Positions 1 through 14,514 of a DNA stretch of 64,000 bases are shown here, piece by piece. The position numbers and the translations under genes are program-made. The stretch is from NCBI RefSeq assembly GCF_009914755.1, contig NC_060925.1, one strand, 5' to 3'. The notes under the pieces are model-generated. The model saw only the letters and a program-made list of their open reading frames with translations, was not told where the DNA came from and did not search any database. Source of the stretch: the human T2T-CHM13v2.0 reference genome, Homo sapiens. Position 1 is the first letter of the stretch; every line of letters begins with the position of its first letter.

Positions 1-1384
1 TTTCCCACGCTAAATGGGAACCCATCACCAGAGAAGCCACCACCAAAGCCAAGATTACAGAGAGAATGTTTTAGGAGTAGGGTGGAATTTAACTTCTAAA
101 CGTAAATAATTAACATTTTGAAATGAAGTGACAGTGTCACCTTATAATGCAAAATCATGCCATATTATACAAGAAACTCCACACCATGAAGAATTCTGCC
201 TATACAACTTTTAATTGCCCAAAGAGACAAATTTATTGAAATAAACAGCTACTGAACATCTATTACATACTGCAAATTATATGCCTTGGAAAAGCATAAA
301 TATGACACACTTTATTCACAAAGGAATAAGTTTGTAGTAGTAACAGCAGTTGCTGCTGTTATTTTGTCCTTGTTTTTAACATAATTCTAGTTAACATATT
401 GAGTGCCTACTATTTTCTGGCCACCATCCCGAACACACATCATGAATCGTCTGACAAATGTGCTGTGCTAAATTCATAAATTCAATGCAAAGGAGGGGGA
501 GTCCGAAGGTTGTCCTACAACCCAGATGTCTCTACTAGCTTATTAACTTACCTCTTCTCCAAGATGATTCTCTTCTCCTCTCAAACTTTTGACGGGACCA
601 CCCTGATCTTTACTCATAGACGCTCTCATTGATTCTAACTGCACCGAGAAGATACAAACCATCGGAAGGGATCTTAGTTATAACACACGCTCTGCCTGAC
701 CTCCTGCTATTGTCACTGAGTTGGCCATGCTCTTACAAAAGTTCAAACTCTCCACTTCTAAACTGGTTTCTGTGCTTTCGGCCACTCTCAAAGGCCATCT
801 TTCTGAAAGTTTCCTCCATTTCTCATATATCGATTTTCTTTTTGTACTGAATTATTCCTTTGAACTTCATACTCAATATCACATGACAGCACCATTAACA
901 TCAAACACATTGGTATCACGTTTTTCTAGTTATACTCCATTTCCTTTACAAAAAAATCTAAAAATTCATACTCAACTTACCTTATCCACTTCCTCCCCCT
1001 TGATTTTACCCTGAATCATCTCTAAGCATATCTCCATTAAAAATGGTCACTAAGGTTACAAGTAACCTTTCATGTTGCTAAATACAGTAACCAAATCTCA
1101 CTTATTTCAACCATAGACTGCACTTGTTGCAGTTGCTTTTACTTTCTTTAAACACTTTGTCTTAGATTTCTTCTAACCTCATAAAACCCTATCTTTCTAA
1201 TTTTTCATGTGACGCCAGCTGCCTCAGATCTCAGTCTCAAGCTTTCTCTTAAGAAAACTCTCAAAAAACCTGTTTTTAAATGCTCTTCGTACTCTGATTA
1301 TTAAATGTATGCTTTATGTTCAGAACTCTAATCTGAAGTACAATTGACTTTACATATAGCTTCAATATCTTTCTGTATTTATGT

Positions 1385-1672
<288 letters not shown>

Positions 1673-2822
1673 TAGCTTAAATACCTAATAGATATTTCCA
1701 AATTATCTTAAGTGAATTCTTGACTTCTGCTACCGACAAGTTTTCCAAATATCAATATTCCATTTTTTTATTCACTTGGGCCCAAACCAATAAGTTATCC
1801 TTCACTCTACACCTGTTGCTAACACACGCCAAATCCATGAGCCAAATCCTTTGTGTCCACACCCTACACAAGCCATCCTTGTTTCTCATCTCTGAAACCT
1901 CAATTGTCTTCCTGTATCCATGTTTGCCCTTTGTTCTATTTTCCTACACTGTAGGCATAGTGATGCTTTAAAAACGTGTCTGTTATCATGTAACACCCGC
2001 ATGGAAAACTCCAGGGACTTCCCACCCCACTCAGTCAGTCTCAAAGTGCCTTAAGTGTTGCTGTTGAATCACAGAACTTGGAAAAGTGAAGTTTCTGGCC
2101 ATGGATGTTAACGAACCTGGTATCCTGTTAATACATCCTCAAGGAAAGTGGCAGTCATGTTCTTTGATGCTAAGTGTTAGAGTCTATTCCCTGTGAGTAG
2201 CTGTGTCATGCTGAACCTCCACCCATTCATACTCAGTTCTGTTCAATTCACCACCATTTATTGTGGCCTAGTATTTGATAGCTGCTGTCTGTACTCAAGA
2301 GGGTCAGAGATTCAACGATAATATTAGAGCTTCTAGTTACTTGGGGTTAATACTAAAATAAAAAACACGACTAAAGTGTGTGCTTTTATCTTCTTTGCCA
2401 CTTGTGTATTGGCATTCTTTTACTCTATTGCTGCTAATCACAGAATTTGACTGTAAACATTTGATAGCTTTTGCAGGTTTCTTTCATTGTGTTGTTTAAA
2501 CATGAACAAATGTTGTGAAGGAGATCTAGTTCAGAGTGAAAGGTTGCTGTGAACTCTAATATTTGGGGTTTTTCTTCCCTAAATAAAAAGACTAGATAAA
2601 TTATTTAACTTCATAATAAACCATTTTTGATACTTCACTGAAAGATCTCTGCATAACAGTAAAACATCTTTCCCTTGCTCCCGAGGAGCAAGAATCCAGA
2701 CAGGGTGAATCATCTTAACTGCCAGTAGTAAGTGTAGGTTGATAGCTGAGCAGATCATCTCCAGGGAAACAGGGCAAATGGAGGAAGTCCTTAGGAACCC
2801 TTATCCTCTGGGCAGTGACTCT

Positions 2823-3773
2823 CTAAGCATCACTTGTTGCTACTTTCCGAGCAGATGAGCAACATGCAAATACCTTTTTAAATGCCCCTATGACGTCCTT
2901 GTTTCTGAGGCTGTAGATGAGAGGATTAAGCATGGGCGTGACAATGGTATAGAAGGCTGACACTACTTTGTCCTGCTCGGGGGTGTGGAAGGACTGGGGC
3001 AGCACGTATGTGTAGAAGGCAGCCCCATAGAAGATGCTAACTACAGTCAAGTGGGAGGAACAAGTGGTGAAGGCCTTTTTGCGACCTTCAGCAGAGGGCA
3101 TGCGGTGGATGGTTAACAAGATGAGGGAGTAGGAAGTGGAGATGATAGAGATGGGGATGAGCAACATGAGGACACAGCAGATGTACATCAGAGTTTCATA
3201 CAAGGACGTGTCTGCACAGGCCAGTTTCAGAACTGCTGGGATCTCACAGAAAAAATGGTTGATACTTCGGGAGCCACAGTAAGGGACATTCATGGTGATG
3301 GGAGTGAGCAGAAAGCCATCGAGGGAGCCCCCAAACCAGGCACCAGCAGCCAGCAAAAGACACTTCTTGCGGTTCATCAGGACTGGGTATCTCAGAGGGT
3401 TACAGACAGCCACGTAGCGGTCATAGGCCATGAGGCCCAGGAGGAAGAACTCAGAACCAATCATGGTCAGGTAGAGGAAGATCTGGATGCCACAGGCCAC
3501 AAAGGAAATGATCTTCTCTTTAGAAACCATGTCTGCCAGGAGTTTTGGGACAGTGGTACAGATGAAAAGGGTGTCCATGATGGACAGCTGACTGAGCAGA
3601 AAGTACATGGGGGTGTGGAGGCGAGAGTCCACCTGAATCAAGAATATCATGACCAAATTTGCAGTCACGGCCCCCAAGAAAACAGCAAGGATCACTGTAA
3701 ATACAATCCCGGCAGCCTCACTGTTCACCAGAAGCCCCAGGAGGGTGAAGTCAGAGGATGATGTGTTCGTCAT
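2823..3773 (-). CDS. OR2T11: Olfactory receptor family 2 subfamily T member 11 (316 aa)
   Basis: ATG at 3773 (MTNTSSSDF). OR motifs [49 protein letters not shown]. The ORF-track extension to 3833 uses a non-ATG start. Confidence 0.93.
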   Translation of the reverse strand: MTNTSSSDFTLLGLLVNSEAAGIVFTVILAVFLGAVTANLVMIFLIQVDSRLHTPMYFLLSQLSIMDTLFICTTVPKLLADMVSKEKIISFVACGIQIFLYLTMIGSEFFLLGLMAYDRYVAVCNPLRYPVLMNRKKCLLLAAGAWFGGSLDGFLLTPITMNVPYCGSRSINHFFCEIPAVLKLACADTSLYETLMYICCVLMLLIPISIISTSYSLILLTIHRMPSAEGRKKAFTTCSSHLTVVSIFYGAAFYTYVLPQSFHTPEQDKVVSAFYTIVTPMLNPLIYSLRNKDVIGAFKKVFACCSSARKVATSDA

Positions 3774-5119
3774 TGATATGGCCCACGAGCGTCCCAGGGC
3801 AACGGGAAGACACAAGGACCAGGAAGGAGGCAAGAGAACACGGTCAAGATGGGAAAGGTCTGCAGTAGAGGTGACACTTCTGAGGGTACCGTCAGGATGA
3901 AGCTTCCAGGCTAGAGGCTAGAGAAGAACAGGCAGACCAACATGCACATCATGAAGCAAAAACCATGGCTGCATTTCCCTGTCAGAGAACAGCTCCTTCT
4001 ATATTGCGTCTATGGTTCATCATGCTGCTGGAGGTTATGGTAACTGCGTGATACAATTGCTGTATGCTACACCAAGAATGGGGTTTTAACCATATCTGTT
4101 CTGTCCATGCTGCATTTCTTGTATCCAGAAAGTTATCCAGCCCATAGTAGGGTTAAGTAAATACTAGTTGGAAAAAAGGGTGATTCATTGACCAAATGGA
4201 TAAAGGGGAGTGAAGTAAATCACTGAAGAAATGAAGGGTTAGGATAACTATTAGGGAACGTTTTATTCACGAAGCCCCATGTTTCTGTTCTATTTCTTTT
4301 TAATTATTTGTATAAGTTTAAGGACGACAAGTGCAGTGTCATGACATGGATGTATCGCATAGTGGAGTCTTGTCTTTTAGGGTAACCGTAAGTCAAATAG
4401 CGTAGGTTGTGCTCATATTACTAATTTCTCACCCCTCGCTCCGCTTTCACCCCCTACTCTTCCAAGTCTTCGATGCCTATTATTCCACTGTTTATGTCTA
4501 AAGTTGGGACTCCTCACTGTTCTTTGTGCTGTTTTGCTAACCTTTTTGCAGATCTTTCTTCAGATAAATTAGAAGGTAAAAAAAACTATTTGCAAAAAGC
4601 TCCCAGAATTAAGTTTTTAAAAAGCAGTTTATGACACTAAGCTGACTCCCTGCATTGCTCTCCATTGCTACTGTAGGTTTGGGAAATGGGCAGGGAAATT
4701 AAAGGAAAATGTTGGTAGGTTGAAGCTATGTCAGCAGCAGACACACAGGAGCAGGGTTCACCAAGCTACACGTCTGCCAGCACTTAACAGAACTGAGGCC
4801 AGAGCCAAACTCAGGCTTAGAAAGCTACGGAGCAGATACATGGAAATGTGACAGCAACAGGCCACCGTTTAAGAAGGAATTTTATCTTTAACATACCAGG
4901 TGGAAGATAGATTTAACTGTTAGACAAGAGAAAGAACCATACATGTAGTAAGAATCGCCCCCCTCTCCCCGCCAGCACCTCCTCCCCGGCATGGTAGGCC
5001 TCAGTGGCTTGAGTCTCAAACATTTGTGTAAAAATGAAAGTCCGATCAACGGGGGAGCCCGGATGCTGCAGGGTTTCCCCCCATTCACATGTTGCTAGAC
5101 ACACCTTGGCTCCACTATC

Positions 5120-5270
5120 TAGTGTTGCCAGATTTAGCAAAGATACAGGATTCTCAGCTATGTTTGACTTTCAGATAATCAAAAAATGTTTTAGTGTAAG
5201 TTCATAATGTTCTTAACACCAAAAAAAAGGGTTCACTGTACATCTGAAATTCAAATTTAGCTGGTTGTCC
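5120..5270. mobile_element. hAT-type DNA transposon remnant (MER53-like)
   Basis: gttgccagatttagcaaa...ctgaaattcaaattta resembles the MER53 consensus as I recall it. Confidence 0.5.
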
Positions 5271-5769
5271 TTTACCATGCTGAAGTCATATCTGGTTTCA
5301 CAAAGGTACCAGAATTGTTATGACCTTGAAAAGTGACCAGTAGAATCAGTACAAATAGAGTCTAAACAAAAAAGTTATTTACTAACATCAAAATTAAATT
5401 GGCTTACTCCCAATTTCCCTCTGATTGATATATTCATATTACTGTGAAAGGGGCTAAGGACTGTGGCCTCCTCTGTCAGGCCTCCCAGAAATACTCCGTG
5501 GTCAAAACTCTACTTCAGTGAGTCTTAGCCTCCTGATCCACTCCTGATCGTTTCAATTCTATTCCATTTCCCAAGGATAGTGAACACAAATATTGCCTAA
5601 AAATATATTCTGCTAATTCAAAGTCCAAAAATATAAAAGAAACATTCTATATTAGACTCCAAAAACTTCCTAATAGAATTAACCCACACTAAGGAGAAGA
5701 GAGCACATCTCCTTGTCATATTAAACAAATTCAAACATTTTATCCAAAATGTATAAAACAGTAAAAACA

Positions 5770-6047
5770 GGCCAGGTGTGGTGGTTCATGCCTGTAACCC
5801 CAGCACTTAGGGAGGCCAGGGCGGAAGGATCACTTGAAGCCAGGAGTTTGAGATGAGCCTGGGTAACAGAGCTCGTCTTTATAAAAAACTAGCCAGGCGT
5901 GGTGGTGCACGTCAGTCGTCCCAGCTACTCAGGAGGTCGAGTTGGGAGAATTGCTTGAGGCTAGGAGTTTGAGGTTACAGAGAGCTATGATTGTGCCACT
6001 GCACTCCAGCCTGGGTGACAGAGCAAGACCCTGTTTCTAAAAAAGAA
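5770..6047 (+). mobile_element. Alu (AluJ-like)
   Basis: ggccaggtgtggtggttcatgcctgtaa...cactgcactccagcctgggtgacagagcaagaccctg followed by an A-rich tail. Confidence 0.9.
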
Positions 6048-6099
6048 ATGAATAAGTAAAACTTATTAACAATTAAAAACCTATAATATTTCTCATGTC

Positions 6100-6720
6100 C
6101 ATAACTAGTAGGTGCCTGGCTTAATCCATCATGACACATTTTACCCTGGTTGTTCCACGAACTTTCCCACGATCTCCCTGCTGTCTCATGAATCCCTCCA
6201 AGTCTAGTCTCAGCACAACCATCAAAGTCACATCGGGACCCGTGCATCCCGCCACGCCACTTTCTGCTTGAAACCCTGCAGTTGTGCTTTACATCATACA
6301 TTAAGGCCCATCACGTTCTGAACATTTTGTCTTCTGAAATGATCTCCCGCCGACTCCAGTCTGTCTGTCCCTGGGCTGCAGCGACGGTGGCTTCCTTGTC
6401 CTCTGTCCCCACTTTGCAAGAGCCCTGAGCCCAGGCCATTGCCTCTGCTGCTCCCCTTGCCTGGGGCTCCTCCTCCAACCGTGCAAGGCCATCCATCCCC
6501 TCATGTACTTCAGGGCTTTGCTCAAAAGCCACCTGCTCAGAGGTCCTATGACTATTTTTCTTCACTTTTCTTAACACCTTCTGACACTACCTTGTGTTTT
6601 GTGTCTCTTCAAGCTAGAAAGTAAGCTTCATGTGAATAAGGATTTGTGCCTATTTTGTTAACTGTGTACTCTCACCATCTAAAGATACGACTGGCACATT
6701 GTAAATCTTTGAATAAATCA
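6100..6720 (+). mobile_element. L2 LINE 3' remnant
   Basis: Ends with L2-like tail gtaagcttcatgtgaataaggatttgtg...ctggcacattgtaaatctttgaataaat. Confidence 0.5.
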
Positions 6721-7380
6721 TTTTTAAACACATTCAGCTAGCAAAAATGCAAATTTTATGCTTTTTAAGGAATACCTCTAGAATTCCTTCAAAACACCTC
6801 CTGATTTTATATAATGTGCTGAAGAGAAATAATTTTTTTTAATGCTAGGCACTTGTGTTTATCTTCAATGCAAAATAGACAAAAAAATGGGATCCACCAA
6901 TATTTGATCAAAAAAAACTTCATTCTAGGAAAAATAAATAACAAGTTTCTAAGATCAGACAGCAATACAACTTCTAAATCATTAAGGTTTATATACAGTA
7001 CAAATTTGAGACAATTACGCTCTGGTTTAAAATACTTAGAGTAATTAAGATGTCAGCATAATTCACAAAAAGGAGGGACTCGCCACTTCTTCTGTCTTCT
7101 GAATCTGTCCTTGCTCTGACAGCTCTTCAACTCAGGTACCAATTAATAGGTTGAAGATAACTTTAGCTTCAAGTGTTATTATACACCCAGAGATTGTACT
7201 GCAGATGTTAATCTAGTTAGAATTCACCTTATGTTAAACAGATAAAATTGTGTATGATTTATTGCAAAATGTCATCTGCCTTCTATGATCAGAATTGTCT
7301 TCAATAATGCCATAGGGCTTATTAATTTGCTACTTAAATTGAACGACACTGTAATAGACTTAGTGTTAAATATAACCACA

Positions 7381-7845
7381 TGTGGGCAGAATCATCTTCC
7401 ACCTCCAGCAAAGGTCCTCATGTGCTAATGTCTGGAACCGATGAATATGCTCTCTTAAGTGGCAAAAAAGACTTTGTGGGTATGATTAAGAACTCTGAGA
7501 TGAGGAGATTCTTCTGAATTATGCTGTTGGACTCAATTGCAAATGCCAAGGCCTTACATGGGAGAGAGGAGGAAGGAGAGTCAGAGACGTGATATGAAAA
7601 CAGGTCGGAGGGACTCAGTCGGTCTCCGGGTTTGACGATAGAGGGGACCCCAAGCCAAGGAATGTAGATGGTCTCTAGAAACTGGAGAGGGCTAAGAAAT
7701 AGATTCTCTCCTAAAACCTCATAGAAAAGTAGGTAGCCTTCCCAACATCGTGATTTCAGTCCAGTGAGACCGGTTTCCAACTTCTGACCTCCAGGCTGTG
7801 ATATTATGAACTTTGTGGTCATTTGGTACCACAGCCATAGGGAGC
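7381..7845 (+). mobile_element. MaLR solo LTR (MLT1-type)
   Basis: tgtgggcagaat...ggcaaaaaagactttgtggg...gattctctcctaaaacctc...cttctgacctccagg...tttggtaccacagccatagg, typical of MLT1. Confidence 0.75.
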
Positions 7846-10800
7846 TTCTATGCTGATAAATGATTTTCTTACTTAGCTTTTAAACAAAACTGAGACATGT
7901 TGCAATAATGAATTGGCCAGCACTTGTGTAGTGCTTCTTGCTGGGTCTCAGGCACCGTGGACGTGTGCCAACGTTTCCACGTGCTCTTCACAGCACCTCG
8001 ACGGGTCGATCACTAATTATCACCATCTCACAGCTGGTAAAACTGAGGCTCAGAGTCAGGTGGGAGGAGCTGGATCCAGGCTCAAGGACTCAACTTTTGT
8101 TTTTCATGCTCTCTGCCACTACCCTTAACTTCTCCCCAAAGACAATATCCCTTTGAGCATCACTTCCGTTTACAACCAGCCAAAGAGAAGTTAAATGAAT
8201 GCAGGGTAAAAGGCCATAAACACACCCAAGGAAAAGTTGAATTTCTGATCACAAGTTGTCAACAAAGCAATAAAGTGACAACATGAAGTTAATAATTTTC
8301 CAGAAACACAAAATTCTCCCTAACTCCTGGGCAATTCTCAGTCATTACACACCTGCCTGCAGGTGTCTGGCTTTATACTGAGGTACATAAAAAAAATCTC
8401 ATCAAATGTACCCCAAGAAAGGTCTTACAAATGCCACTCACACATGTCACTGTTGTGCAATTGCAGAGGGCAATGACTCATCTCCCAGCAGACATCATAA
8501 AGCCCCATTCAATAGGCATGTTTCCTGCACAGCATCACCGCTGTCAACATGAAGCCCTGTACGTACTATTCCCTGTTGGGGATCTGAGATTTGAAGATCT
8601 CTGTAATGTGGCAGAGTTCACTTAAGGAGAAAATTCCAATGTTTCTAGCATAAAGAAAATACAAATATATATTTAAGGTAATGGATATCTCAATTACATT
8701 GATCTTTACAAATCATATGAATGTGTTATCACATGTACCCTAAGAAAAAGAAAAACAGAATGACCCTTGAAGAATCTTAAAATTACATGAAAAACAAATT
8801 CATTTCAAAAGAAAAATTACAGAAGTGTGAACTGAGTTTAAATCCTTGTGGAATCAATTGAAATGGTACTAGTGATCCTATCAATGATTTATGAAACAAT
8901 GAGTTAAATTATGATAATTTTCTTCAACATAATTGTCCTCGTATCCTATATTTTCCTAGGTACTGAAGACCTCTAATGGGCAGATTTTTTTAAAAGATAA
9001 TTTGAAGGGCCAACTGTGTAGTCAGACTTTATATTCTTATGGTGATGTTTACTTTTGTTGTAACACACTAGATCACTTTCTTAGAAGTTCCCTAAAGTTG
9101 GGGGTTTGGGGGAACTAAGTTACAGGAGAGTCTCCCTGCTGTGGATTGGGGACAGTTGAGGGACCATTTCTGAAATGATTATTCACGACTTGAGCCAGAT
9201 CAGATTATCTAGACTTCGTTATTGAACTAAACATCTTTGGAAAATTAACGCTGTTTTTGGCCTCTTGCCAATCAAGCGGTCTTTTCAGGCCTCTCTTAGG
9301 TGGAGTCATGAAAACAACTCATCCCTCCCTCTTAATACGTGTCTATCACTGCACAGTTAGGGTCACATTCTTCTTACTCTTGCAAGGCGATGAAATGCAA
9401 TGACATGCAGATCTACTCAGCTGGGCCTTGGATTGCCAGAGGCAGAGGGCTTGAACTTAATTTTATTCTTACCTAGAGCATGAGCCCACGAAGCTTCCTC
9501 AATAGGATAGCAATGTAGAAGGGCCACAGTGCAGAAATAGAGTTTCAGTCAATCTTATTCAACTTGAATATTGTATCAACATCGAGGATAAAGGGGGGAA
9601 TCTCAAACTGCTGGTGGGAATTACAATGGGTTTTCTGTCTTGTTTTCTGGTTTGAGAGTGTGCACTGAGTCAATGCCAGGAGTTTAAAAAATACGTACAA
9701 GCTTCCGCTCCTAGGGAAGCGTAGTATGGAAATAATCAGATGAGTGGGCAATTTATTAAAAAAGTCCATTCCGGTGTTATTTGCAATAAGAAAGTGGAAG
9801 TAACCTAAGCGTCTGCTAACTGGACACGTACTAAATAATTTGGGTTTTAGTACATAATAGAATTCTAAGTGACCACTGGAATGTGAGGTGATCTATGTTC
9901 ATCTTCATCCTATAGCAGGTTCATTGTATTCTTAAGTGAAAAGGTGGCATATTTTCAACCTATATAATCATCTCCTTACAACTGTATTCTCTATCTTTGA
10001 AATGAAATCCCTTAATACATACACAGCATGTATTATAATCTTGTTCTTAGAAATAATCAAAAAAGGTAAAGATTTTTACAGTCTTTCAAATTACACAAAG
10101 CCAATTATTTGCAAGCATCCCTGCCTTGGGCCAAAATTATATTATCCTTTCTCCCTTTGAAGTAGTTTCCCCAGTTTATACAGGGAGACAGAAAAGCAGT
10201 TCTCTTCATTAAACCTTCAGCTATTCAGAAGCTGAGGCCCAAAGATATGGTTTTAACTATGTTCAAACATGTTTTCTGATTTTAATTTTTCCAAGTTTAT
10301 AGAATACTTCATTAACATCACTGGTCATATTTCAATTAAACACTTTGGAAATCCAGGGAAAGAACAATTTTGACAACATCAACTGACATATGTAATCCTA
10401 AACTTTGCATTTAAATTTTCAGTCATGAAAGAGTTTTCTGCTTCCACCCTTGAGAAATGCCCCTAATGGGACTTACCTCCTGTTTGCTTCAAAGAAGGAC
10501 TATATGAAGAATCTAGCAAAAGCCAATGACTTTTTCACATAAGCTCCAATTTTAAAATAGTTAATAGAAATCACTTATCAGTGAAGCTGGAAATAATTTA
10601 AGTAGTTTTTTGGTGTTTTTTTTTTTTGCTTCTAGCATCACCCTTGACATGCAGTTCTATGTGAGCCTATAAAAGTCTAACTTTGTTAATCTTCAGTTTC
10701 CACGTCGTCTCTTCAAACCCGAGATGCCAAGGAAACTTTCTTTTAAAGATTTTTAGAAGGTACTAAGCCTTCTAAAGTGAAAGTTTTCATTCGTTTATTA

Positions 10801-11649
10801 TACTAGTATTTATTAAGGGCAAATTCTATGTTAGGAAAAGTTTTAAGTGCTTGCGATGCCTAACAATTCTTTTAGGTATGTGATGATTTAACAAAACCAA
10901 ATAAGCTTAAAGTGCTCATAAAAAATACAATGTGAAACAACCAGAGTTGAAGCTACAGGTATTTACCATTTTATATTCTTAGCTAGTTGTATAAACCAAA
11001 GGAATGTAGTCAAAGCAAACCAAGTATTTTCCTGGCCTTTATTACCTGGGATTTAGAAGGAAGCACACAGTGAAATGCTGCTAAGTGTGTGACATGGTCA
11101 CGGGAGTCACCCAGGTTTAAGAAATCCATCCTCAGTACAATCCCAGCTGAAAAAGAAGCTTAAAAATGCATCTGGTTTTTATCATTTGTGTATGAATCAG
11201 CCTATTGTTTTAACTAAATAACCTATCGATGCCATAAAGTTGTCTATGAATACAATTGCTTTATGTATGGAACTTCTTTGTAGAGTCAGGACCTGACATT
11301 TCAGTCATTTTGTTTTCACAGAATTGTCAGAATTCTTAGCAGAACTTCATTTAATGTCAGTTGTCCAACTTGACAGGGATGTTCTGTCACTTTTTCAGAT
11401 TTTTAATTTTTGTGGATACAGAGGTCTGCGTTTTTCCTTTATGCTAAATAATTATCTAATTATCTTCAGTTTCTCTGATCATTCCTTTTTGCCTGATATC
11501 TTCCTGAGCATTGAATAAAGCAGTTAATAAGGTATGTAATAAGTAGACTTTATGCTTTCTTCTATTACAATTTTATATTGCATATAGATGTTTATTGTAT
11601 AAAACAAGTCTGTAGAAGCAAGGGTTCAGTTAATTTTATATCCATATCC

Positions 11650-11660
11650 CTTACCTGCAG
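11650..11660 (-). promoter_or_regulatory. Predicted splice donor of an upstream non-coding exon of OR2T11
   Basis: Minus strand CTGCAG|GTAAGG. A matching acceptor ttcttctctag lies at ~3918, just upstream of the ATG. Prediction only. Confidence 0.4.
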
Positions 11661-11852
11661 AAAGACCCCACAGGGAATCTGATTACCCCTCAATGTGGGT
11701 CATCAGGTCCTTGGCTAGACCAGCCTAACTGGCATCCAGCAGCAAATGAACATGGCTTTTATCAGCATGTTGCTCTGAAGGGACCTTTGTCCCCAGGTCA
11801 TTATTAGGGTTAACAAGCTGGCAGATACACATTGTGCCATGTGCTTCTCCCC

Positions 11853-12146
11853 TTTGTTTTGTTTTTGAGAGAGTCTTGCTCTGTTGCCAAGGCTGGAGTG
11901 CAGTGGCACAATCTTGACTCACTGTAACCTCCACTCTGAGTTCAAGCGATTCTCCTGCCTCAGCCTACCAAGTAGCTGGGATTACAGGCATGTGCCACCA
12001 CGCCCAGTTAATTTTTTGTATTTTTAGTAGAGACAGGGTTTCGCCATGTTGGCCAGGCTGGTCTCGAACTCCTGGCCTCAAGTGATCCAACTGCCTCGGC
12101 CTCCCAAAGTGCTGAGATTACAGGCGTGAGCCACCATGCCCGGCCA
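11853..12146 (-). mobile_element. Alu (AluS-like)
   Basis: Full antisense Alu dimer with T-rich tail. Confidence 0.93.
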
Positions 12147-14085
12147 CTTCTCTCATTTGTAAATTGTTTATCAGTATCGTGGCTTGGCACAAAACACCAG
12201 ACCAGAGGTTAGAAGACGTGGTTCTGAAGCCCCATCTGCCTCTTGCTGGAATGGGGCAATAATTTGCTGTGAACATCAGCTTCTTCATCTCCCATGAGGC
12301 TAATTCTTTCTCTAAATACTTTATAAGATTTTGTGAAGATCAGAATCAAAATCAGGTAATGTAGTTAAATGTTTTCAAAACTAGGGACAGTCTTCTATTT
12401 TTTCCTCATTACCTGGATTAGTGCATGCCATGTTTCAAGTATACAACTGATAATTTAGCAACTTAAATATTATGTATATTACTCAAAATTTATATATTAT
12501 TTTAATAGAGAAGCAAATCTGGTGACCACAAATTACCTTATGTAAGAATTTGGCGAGATGACTGGGGAAAAATCCTTGGTCACTCCCTTTTATAGTGGGA
12601 CTAGTTTTATGTGTGAAGGGAGTGGAGATTAAAATTTTTTTTTAAGTTGTATTAAAATAGAGCCTACAATAGAAAAGTGCACACACATCAACAGGGGAAA
12701 GATTGATAAATCACCAAGAAAAGAACATGTTGATGTAACCACCATGAAATTTGTTGAATAGACTCAAACATTGAATAAGTCACCTCCTTCCATGCCCCAA
12801 TCACTAATGTCCATGATATCCCTAGAAACTTGTCAAAATGCATTTCACTTATTGCTTCAGGTATACTCTTGAAATGTCTGTCAATGTTAGAGTTAAATAT
12901 TCTAGTTAAATATGCAAAGAATTAATCTTGGAAACATAAAAGTCCTAATTTTTAATACATAGCAACTGAGGAAATGGGAAAGAAAACACAGATATCCCAG
13001 GATAGAGCACAAATACAACGTGAACTGAAGGAGTTTTGTAGAGGGAAGATCGAGAAGGTGCTAGCTAAGGCAGGAGAATGGAGAATATGGAGGGCATTAG
13101 TGCAGACACACAAAGGAATAAAATGTGAATGGAGCTGAATTGAAATAACACCGAGGATATTTCATAAATGAATCCTGGTCTGTTTCTTCACTTAATCCCT
13201 CCAGGACATTCTTCCATCTCTTTTCCATGTGTTTGATTTCAGGGTAAAGATCAAATTATTAGGAACCTTCTGAATGAAAAGCCACCTAGGGGTTAGCATA
13301 TTGAAGGGAATATTCTTTATCTACATCAGCAACAATGGAGGAAACATTTTTCCTTCTATCTGTGTTGACACTAGAACAACATAAGGCTGAGTAACGTTTG
13401 CTTAGTCTTTGTCAACTATGTAACCGCTCTGTCCAATGTTTTCTAAGCCTCGTATCAACAAAATAAACACCAGGTCCCGTCAATATTTTTTATGTCTCAT
13501 ATTTCAGGACCTTACACACAGGAGAAACTAAAGTTACATGAATCGTGGGGTCAGTGTAGTCTTTGCTTAGTTAGTATTCCACCAAAGTTACACATCTATC
13601 AAAGCACCACACCTAACTCCAACTAATTACAAAAATACTTGTCTTCAGCATATCAATGAAGATGTTGAGAATAAGAAAATTGAGCAACTTATTCCACGGG
13701 AACTAAGTTAGCTAATAAAATGTCTTGGTTTATTCATTCTACATTTATATATTAACAATTTGAGCATAAATGGCAGTTTTGTAGGTTTTTGGCCATGTAA
13801 CAATCTTAATGGCAGAGTCAATTTTCAATCAATGAATCAATATTTCCAGGAATATATTGGACTCCATGTGAATAAAGGCAGGGCAAGTATTTAATTTCAG
13901 AGGTAAGTGATAACATTCATAAAATGTAACTAAGAATATGGAACCAAAAATAGTATCACCTTCCTAAATATTTTCTAAATAAAATTGCTACACATTTGTC
14001 ACTAGAAAATATTTTACTTGTATTGAATGTTTGAAATTAAGTCATCAAGGAGGTGGCAAATGCTCCAATTTCCATTCAAAAGTTG

Positions 14086-14226
14086 GTCAGCAATACAGTC
14101 AGGACCCATGATCACACGTCAGCAATACAGACAGGCAGGACTCATGATCACACATTAGCAATACAGACAGGCAGGACTCATGATCACACGTCAGCAATAC
14201 AGACAGGAAGGACTCATGATCACATG
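14086..14226. repeat. 36-bp minisatellite, ~4 copies
   Basis: Unit cagcaatacagacaggcaggactcatgatcacacgt; first copy partial. Confidence 0.9.
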
Positions 14227-14514
14227 TTAACATGGGCACTTCCAAGAGCTGCTTGGCGTGCCATGGTTTGTAGGGCTACTTGACTGAGAATGCCCTCTGG
14301 AAACGTTTGTGAATCCAGTTGAACAAAGTTGACTAATGCAGAGATCCTCACCAACCTCGCTACTGTTCCTAAGTAATCCTTGCAACAGGATGATTTTGCC
14401 TGTTAATTCTGAATTGCTAAAAGTGACACTGAACATTCTTCAGAACCAATACCATATTTTCTGTAATAGCTGCGTTATTGGCCGCAGCACCGCAGATGTT
14501 TGCGCTAGTCCTTG

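Noticed and set aside
3774-3833. N-terminal extensions of OR ORFs in the ORF track (also 27236-27268, 58552-58614)
   Set aside because: They use non-ATG starts or cross predicted splice acceptors; the canonical starts are downstream.
3255-3900. Plus-strand ORFs antisense to OR genes (also 15365-15610, 26661-27265, 58390-58575)
   Set aside because: Shadow frames of OR coding sequence with no independent coding signal.
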